A stretch of DNA of 63,330 nucleotides, counting the filler, from Methanobacteriota archaeon (GTDB taxonomy: Archaea > JACRDV01): the NCBI GenBank assembly GCA_024860865.1. It is 5 parts of 5 records of this genome, joined end to end, with 100 filler letters (N's around TTAATTAATTAA, not from the genome) between each part and the next. Parts side by side here need not be neighbours in the genome. Positions count along the whole stretch, not along the records: positions 47,179 to 63,330 come from JACRDV010000038.1; 4 more parts are not named here. The stretch is one strand, 5' to 3'. Both the position numbers and the translations under genes were made by a program. Below the pieces are notes generated by a model. That model worked only from the letters and a program-made list of their open reading frames with translations, was not told where the DNA came from and made no database searches. This document shows positions 59,700-63,330 of the stretch, piece after piece (positions within the stretch are counted from its first letter, which is position 1; each line of letters starts with the position of its first letter).

Positions 59700-60938
59700 T
59701 TAAGCTCCAAACTTCTTAGCCCTCCCCATTAAATCGAGCAAAATTGGCATAAAATCTGAGCCGCGAATTCGATTAAGCCCACCTAAGACTACTGTATTTT
59801 CATTAAAGGCTTGAACTCCATCTTTCCTGACTTCAGGGCCACAAATTGTAATCGGAACTGGATCGGCTGTGTGATCCTTAACTGAAATTGGAGTTGTATG
59901 ATCGCTTAAAATTACAACATATGTCTCTTCTAAATTAATTTGATCCAAAATTTTGCCAATCATTGAATCAATTCGTTCAATAATTTTAATCTTAGCCTCA
60001 AGCATGCCTTCGTGGCTTACCTCATCTGAGCCTTCTACATGGATTATGGCAAAGTCATGATTTTTTAGCGCCTCAACTGCGGCTTGGCCTTTTGCATCCA
60101 CGTCAGTATCAATATATCCAGTTGCACCCGGTACTTCAATTACATCAAATCCCATTAATTTAAAAACTCCTTTAATTAAACCACATCCAGCTATGCACGC
60201 ACCTGTTAGACCATATTTTTTAGAAAAGGATTCCATATTTTTTGAAAGTTTTCCTCCCCCTCTAATCAAAATTACATTAGCCGGAAGCTTTCCCTCTTGT
60301 ATCCGTGCTTGGTTAATTGGATGAGCTTTTAGCATTTCATGTGATTTTTTTAAAAATTCGTTTAAAATCCGGGCAGTTTTATATGCTGTCTTAGTTCTAT
60401 TTATTGGACGAATTTCTTTAATCGGTTCTCCAGTTCGTGGATAACAATCAGCAACTTTTGGAGAAAGACCTCTTCCCCTCAAAACAAGGGCTGCTCGATA
60501 GTCTGCAGAAACTTTGAAGATCAATTGCACTCCCTTAGCAGATTCAAGTTGAAGTTTGTTCAATGCTTGAGCGAGCTCTTCGTTCCCTTCCCTAATAAAG
60601 CCTGCAGTTCGATCAAGTAGGTTAAAATTGTTATCTGCAGTCGCAAAGTTACATCGAAATGCCACGTCATTCTGCCTGAGCTCAATTCCGGCGCCAATTG
60701 CTTCAATAGGCCCCCTTCCAGTATAGACTTCGAATGGATCATAGCCAAAAATTGAAAGATGAGCTATATCAGAGCCGGCTCTAATTCCGGGAGCCACTGG
60801 GTCCATTAACCCAGAAATTCCCATTTGAGCGAGCTTATTCATATTTGGAATATTCGCAACCTCTAATGGAGTCTTCCCATTCAATTCAGGAATAGGTCGG
60901 TCAGCAATTCCATCTCCAACTATTACTAAAGCTTTCAT
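59700..60938 (-). CDS. apgM: archaeal 2,3-BPG-independent phosphoglycerate mutase
   Basis: DGIADRP, TPLE.A, GSDIAH, YTGRGP.EA, SDH.TP. Confidence 0.92.
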   Translation of the reverse strand: MKALVIVGDGIADRPIPELNGKTPLEVANIPNMNKLAQMGISGLMDPVAPGIRAGSDIAHLSIFGYDPFEVYTGRGPIEAIGAGIELRQNDVAFRCNFATADNNFNLLDRTAGFIREGNEELAQALNKLQLESAKGVQLIFKVSADYRAALVLRGRGLSPKVADCYPRTGEPIKEIRPINRTKTAYKTARILNEFLKKSHEMLKAHPINQARIQEGKLPANVILIRGGGKLSKNMESFSKKYGLTGACIAGCGLIKGVFKLMGFDVIEVPGATGYIDTDVDAKGQAAVEALKNHDFAIIHVEGSDEVSHEGMLEAKIKIIERIDSMIGKILDQINLEETYVVILSDHTTPISVKDHTADPVPITICGPEVRKDGVQAFNENTVVLGGLNRIRGSDFMPILLDLMGRAKKFGA

Positions 60939-61026
60939 CAGTATTCCCCTAAAGTGCTATTGCTATTGGTACTAGGATTAAACCTATCTTATGTTCTTTA
61001 GTGTGAAATTAATAAAGGCCTTTTTA

Positions 61027-61689
61027 TTAAACTCCTTTAAAAAAATTCTTAAGTGAAATACAAGCGGCTGCTCTAGCCCCTTCTTCCGCCTTCTTAATTG
61101 TTGAAGCTGAACCAATTATAACCGCATCGTTTTCTTCAAGCTTAAATTCCTTAAAAATCTGTTTAACAACATTCGGGAAACTTGTCTTTATGTTAGAAGG
61201 ATCATAAGGCAAAAGTAATTTATTGTTTTTAAAAACCAATGTAGTTGCTCCCTCAGCTCCAACCATAATTGCTGCATCCCGCTGTTCAAGGCCCATTTTT
61301 ATCTTATTAGCAATTTTTCTCACCTGGATGGCTATATCATACTTTCCAACAGTCAAATTTCCAGCATCAATAAGCTTTGGCCGAGAAATTTTCTGCTCTA
61401 AAATTTTCAATGATCTCTTTCCCTTATTTGTAAGTATGGTACCTCGTGGCTGGATTTTAACTACCCCATCGTCCTCTAGCCTTGCTAATAAGGTTCTTAC
61501 TGACCCTTCACCTAAAGATAAAAAGTTTCCTAGCTTTTGTCTGCTAATCGGTGTTTTAGCATCAGCTAAAATTTCAATCGTTTTGATGACATGATGCGCC
61601 GAAAAACCGGGAATTGGAGCCTGTTTTTTTGGTTTGCTCAGCTTTTCAATCAATTTATTAACCATCATAATCCTTTCTGAATCATTCAT
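61027..61689 (-). CDS. wHTH protein of DUF4443-like family
   Basis: SR..L...LSLGEGSVRT, GLEQRDAAI..GA.GA. Confidence 0.7.
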   Translation of the reverse strand: MNDSERIMMVNKLIEKLSKPKKQAPIPGFSAHHVIKTIEILADAKTPISRQKLGNFLSLGEGSVRTLLARLEDDGVVKIQPRGTILTNKGKRSLKILEQKISRPKLIDAGNLTVGKYDIAIQVRKIANKIKMGLEQRDAAIMVGAEGATTLVFKNNKLLLPYDPSNIKTSFPNVVKQIFKEFKLEENDAVIIGSASTIKKAEEGARAAACISLKNFFKGV

Positions 61690-61708
61690 ATGCTAAAATT
61701 TAAATTTT

Positions 61709-62233
61709 GTGAGTGAATATTTGGTTCACGTGAGAAAAAGAACAATTATTATTATAGCTTTAGCAGCTGTTATTGTAAGTGTTGTAATTTATTTCTATTT
61801 AGAAAAATCCATATTAGCTCCTAAAACGGCCCCTACTACTACAGCTCCAATTTTTCAACCAGTTACTGTGCCACTTGGTCCAGTAGCAGAATCTACTATT
61901 GAAGAATGGGTAAACAAAAATCCATTTTTCTTTAAGGGGTTAGAGAAAGGAGCAATTATTGAACTTCATATTGCGAAAAGTGCAGGTGAAGTTTTCGTTC
62001 TTGAGATGGTTGATAATACTGTAAGTGTTAGAGCTGGTACAACTACAAATAAGGATATTGAGCTATGGATTGACAGAGATGGTTTTACCCTACTTTTGGG
62101 TTCAACTGATGCGAGAGCGGCTGCAAAGCAACTCTATCAAACCGGATCAATTACTTACAAAAAAATTGCAAGCATATTAACTCTCTACAGAAAAGGTTAT
62201 TTCGGCTGGGCCAAAAACAATGGGTTTGTTTAA
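61709..62233 (+). CDS. hypothetical membrane-anchored protein
   Basis: N-terminal TM, Thr/Pro linker; family not recognised. Confidence 0.6.
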   Translation: MSEYLVHVRKRTIIIIALAAVIVSVVIYFYLEKSILAPKTAPTTTAPIFQPVTVPLGPVAESTIEEWVNKNPFFFKGLEKGAIIELHIAKSAGEVFVLEMVDNTVSVRAGTTTNKDIELWIDRDGFTLLLGSTDARAAAKQLYQTGSITYKKIASILTLYRKGYFGWAKNNGFV

Positions 62234-62271
62234 AACTTGCTTTCAACAGCTCTGTGAAATAAAAAGAAAAA

Positions 62272-62487
62272 TTAAGCTCTGCAAACTGCTTTAGCAGCTA
62301 GCTTAACATCTTCACCAGTAACAGTTTTTCTCCCAGCATGTTTTGCCATGTTAGATGCTTCACGAGCAATTGCAGTTGTGCAACCTTCTAAAACTTCAAT
62401 TAAGGTTTTAACAGCATCAGCAGAAACTCTTTCACAACCAGCTTTACGCATTAACCTATCCAAAGGCGCGGCAGGTAGCTCGGCCAT
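62272..62487 (-). CDS. archaeal histone (HMf-like)
   Basis: MAELPAAPLDRLMRKAG.ERVS..A...HAGRKTV...D; GGAGG SD. Confidence 0.95.
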   Translation of the reverse strand: MAELPAAPLDRLMRKAGCERVSADAVKTLIEVLEGCTTAIAREASNMAKHAGRKTVTGEDVKLAAKAVCRA

Positions 62488-62659
62488 TAAATCGCCTCCC
62501 AAGAGAGAATTCCAACTTCTCTTCATTTTTTAACTCCTTATATACTTTTTCCGTTTTTCGGTGCGGAACTAAAAACAAACAGGCAAAATGTACTAAATCA
62601 TAAATCACACAAATAATTTATGAAAATGCATTATTTGGGCGAAATATCTGGTTTTTAAT

Positions 62660-63301
62660 ATGAAAGCAATCGTTGGCATTGACCTTGCAGGCAATCCGAA
62701 GAATCCAACTGGCTTTGCTGCTATTAAACCTAGCCTCACTGTCGAAGTTTGTTTAGTTTTTAATAATGAGGATATAATAAAAAAAGTTGAAAGGACCGAT
62801 CCAAGTTTAGTCGCTATCGATGCCCCATTAACTTTGCCAAAAGGAAGGTGTTGTTTTAAACTAAGTTGCAATTGCAAAACTCGTGGAGCAAATTTAAGAG
62901 TTGCAGACCGAGAGATGATTAAACTTGGCTATAGAATTTTCCCTCCAGCTTTTGGCGGAATGAGAACTTTAACTATGCGCGGAATAGAGCTATCAAAAAT
63001 TTTACATACAAAAAATTTTAAGGTAATTGAAGTCCATCCTAGATCTTCTAAACTTGCACTAAAATTACCAATTGAGAACTCGCAAAAGCTTCAAAATAAA
63101 TTGATAAAACTGGGACTAAAAGGAGAAATTCTGAAGCGAAAATTAAGCGATGATGAATTGGATGCGATAATTGCCGCTCTAACCGGATATCTCAACCTTA
63201 AAAATCAAACTGAAAAGATTGGAGAACCAGATGAGGGGCAAATAATCATTCCTAAAACAAATGCAAAGCTTAAGTATGCCAAATTTTCCAAATTATTTTG
63301 A
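62660..63301 (+). CDS. DUF429-family predicted RNase H-like nuclease
   Basis: VGIDLAG, AIDAPL, IEVHP, DELDA..AA. Confidence 0.85.
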   Translation: MKAIVGIDLAGNPKNPTGFAAIKPSLTVEVCLVFNNEDIIKKVERTDPSLVAIDAPLTLPKGRCCFKLSCNCKTRGANLRVADREMIKLGYRIFPPAFGGMRTLTMRGIELSKILHTKNFKVIEVHPRSSKLALKLPIENSQKLQNKLIKLGLKGEILKRKLSDDELDAIIAALTGYLNLKNQTEKIGEPDEGQIIIPKTNAKLKYAKFSKLF

Positions 63302-63330
63302 TATTTTTCCTCCGAAAATAGTCCTCATTA

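Overview
Low-GC archaeal genome bin with Euryarchaeota/Methanobacteriota-like markers: rpl7ae-rps28e-rpl24e-ndk, HMf-type histone, PolB, CimA, Tfx, a class III pilin and a CGP-CTERM sorting signal. The window is five contigs joined by 100-nt N+TTAATTAATTAA spacers, so neighbourhoods across spacers are not real. Contents: a surface-glycan locus; a Tfx-led Mo/W-cofactor operon next to a TtrA-like molybdoenzyme operon with a tri-heme cytochrome c; peptidases; translation and housekeeping genes; decaying toxin-antitoxin and IS remnants; and branched-chain amino-acid (BCAA) biosynthesis genes. The strongest novel signal is an 18-codon ORF missed by the ORF track (MTTNIEYLLLVVILLILL*, 11 consecutive Leu/Val/Ile codons). 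It sits in a self-complementary leader directly in front of leuA-cimA-ilvB-ilvH-ilvC and is a candidate archaeal leader-peptide attenuator. Other notable items are apparent non-canonical starts (ACG for polB, ATA/ATT for a DUF4389 gene), a CGP-CTERM-anchored multiheme cytochrome, and an unannotated pilin followed by a ~255-nt multibranch inverted-repeat structure. No tRNA, rRNA or CRISPR array was seen. All family calls come from motif recognition by eye, not database searches.
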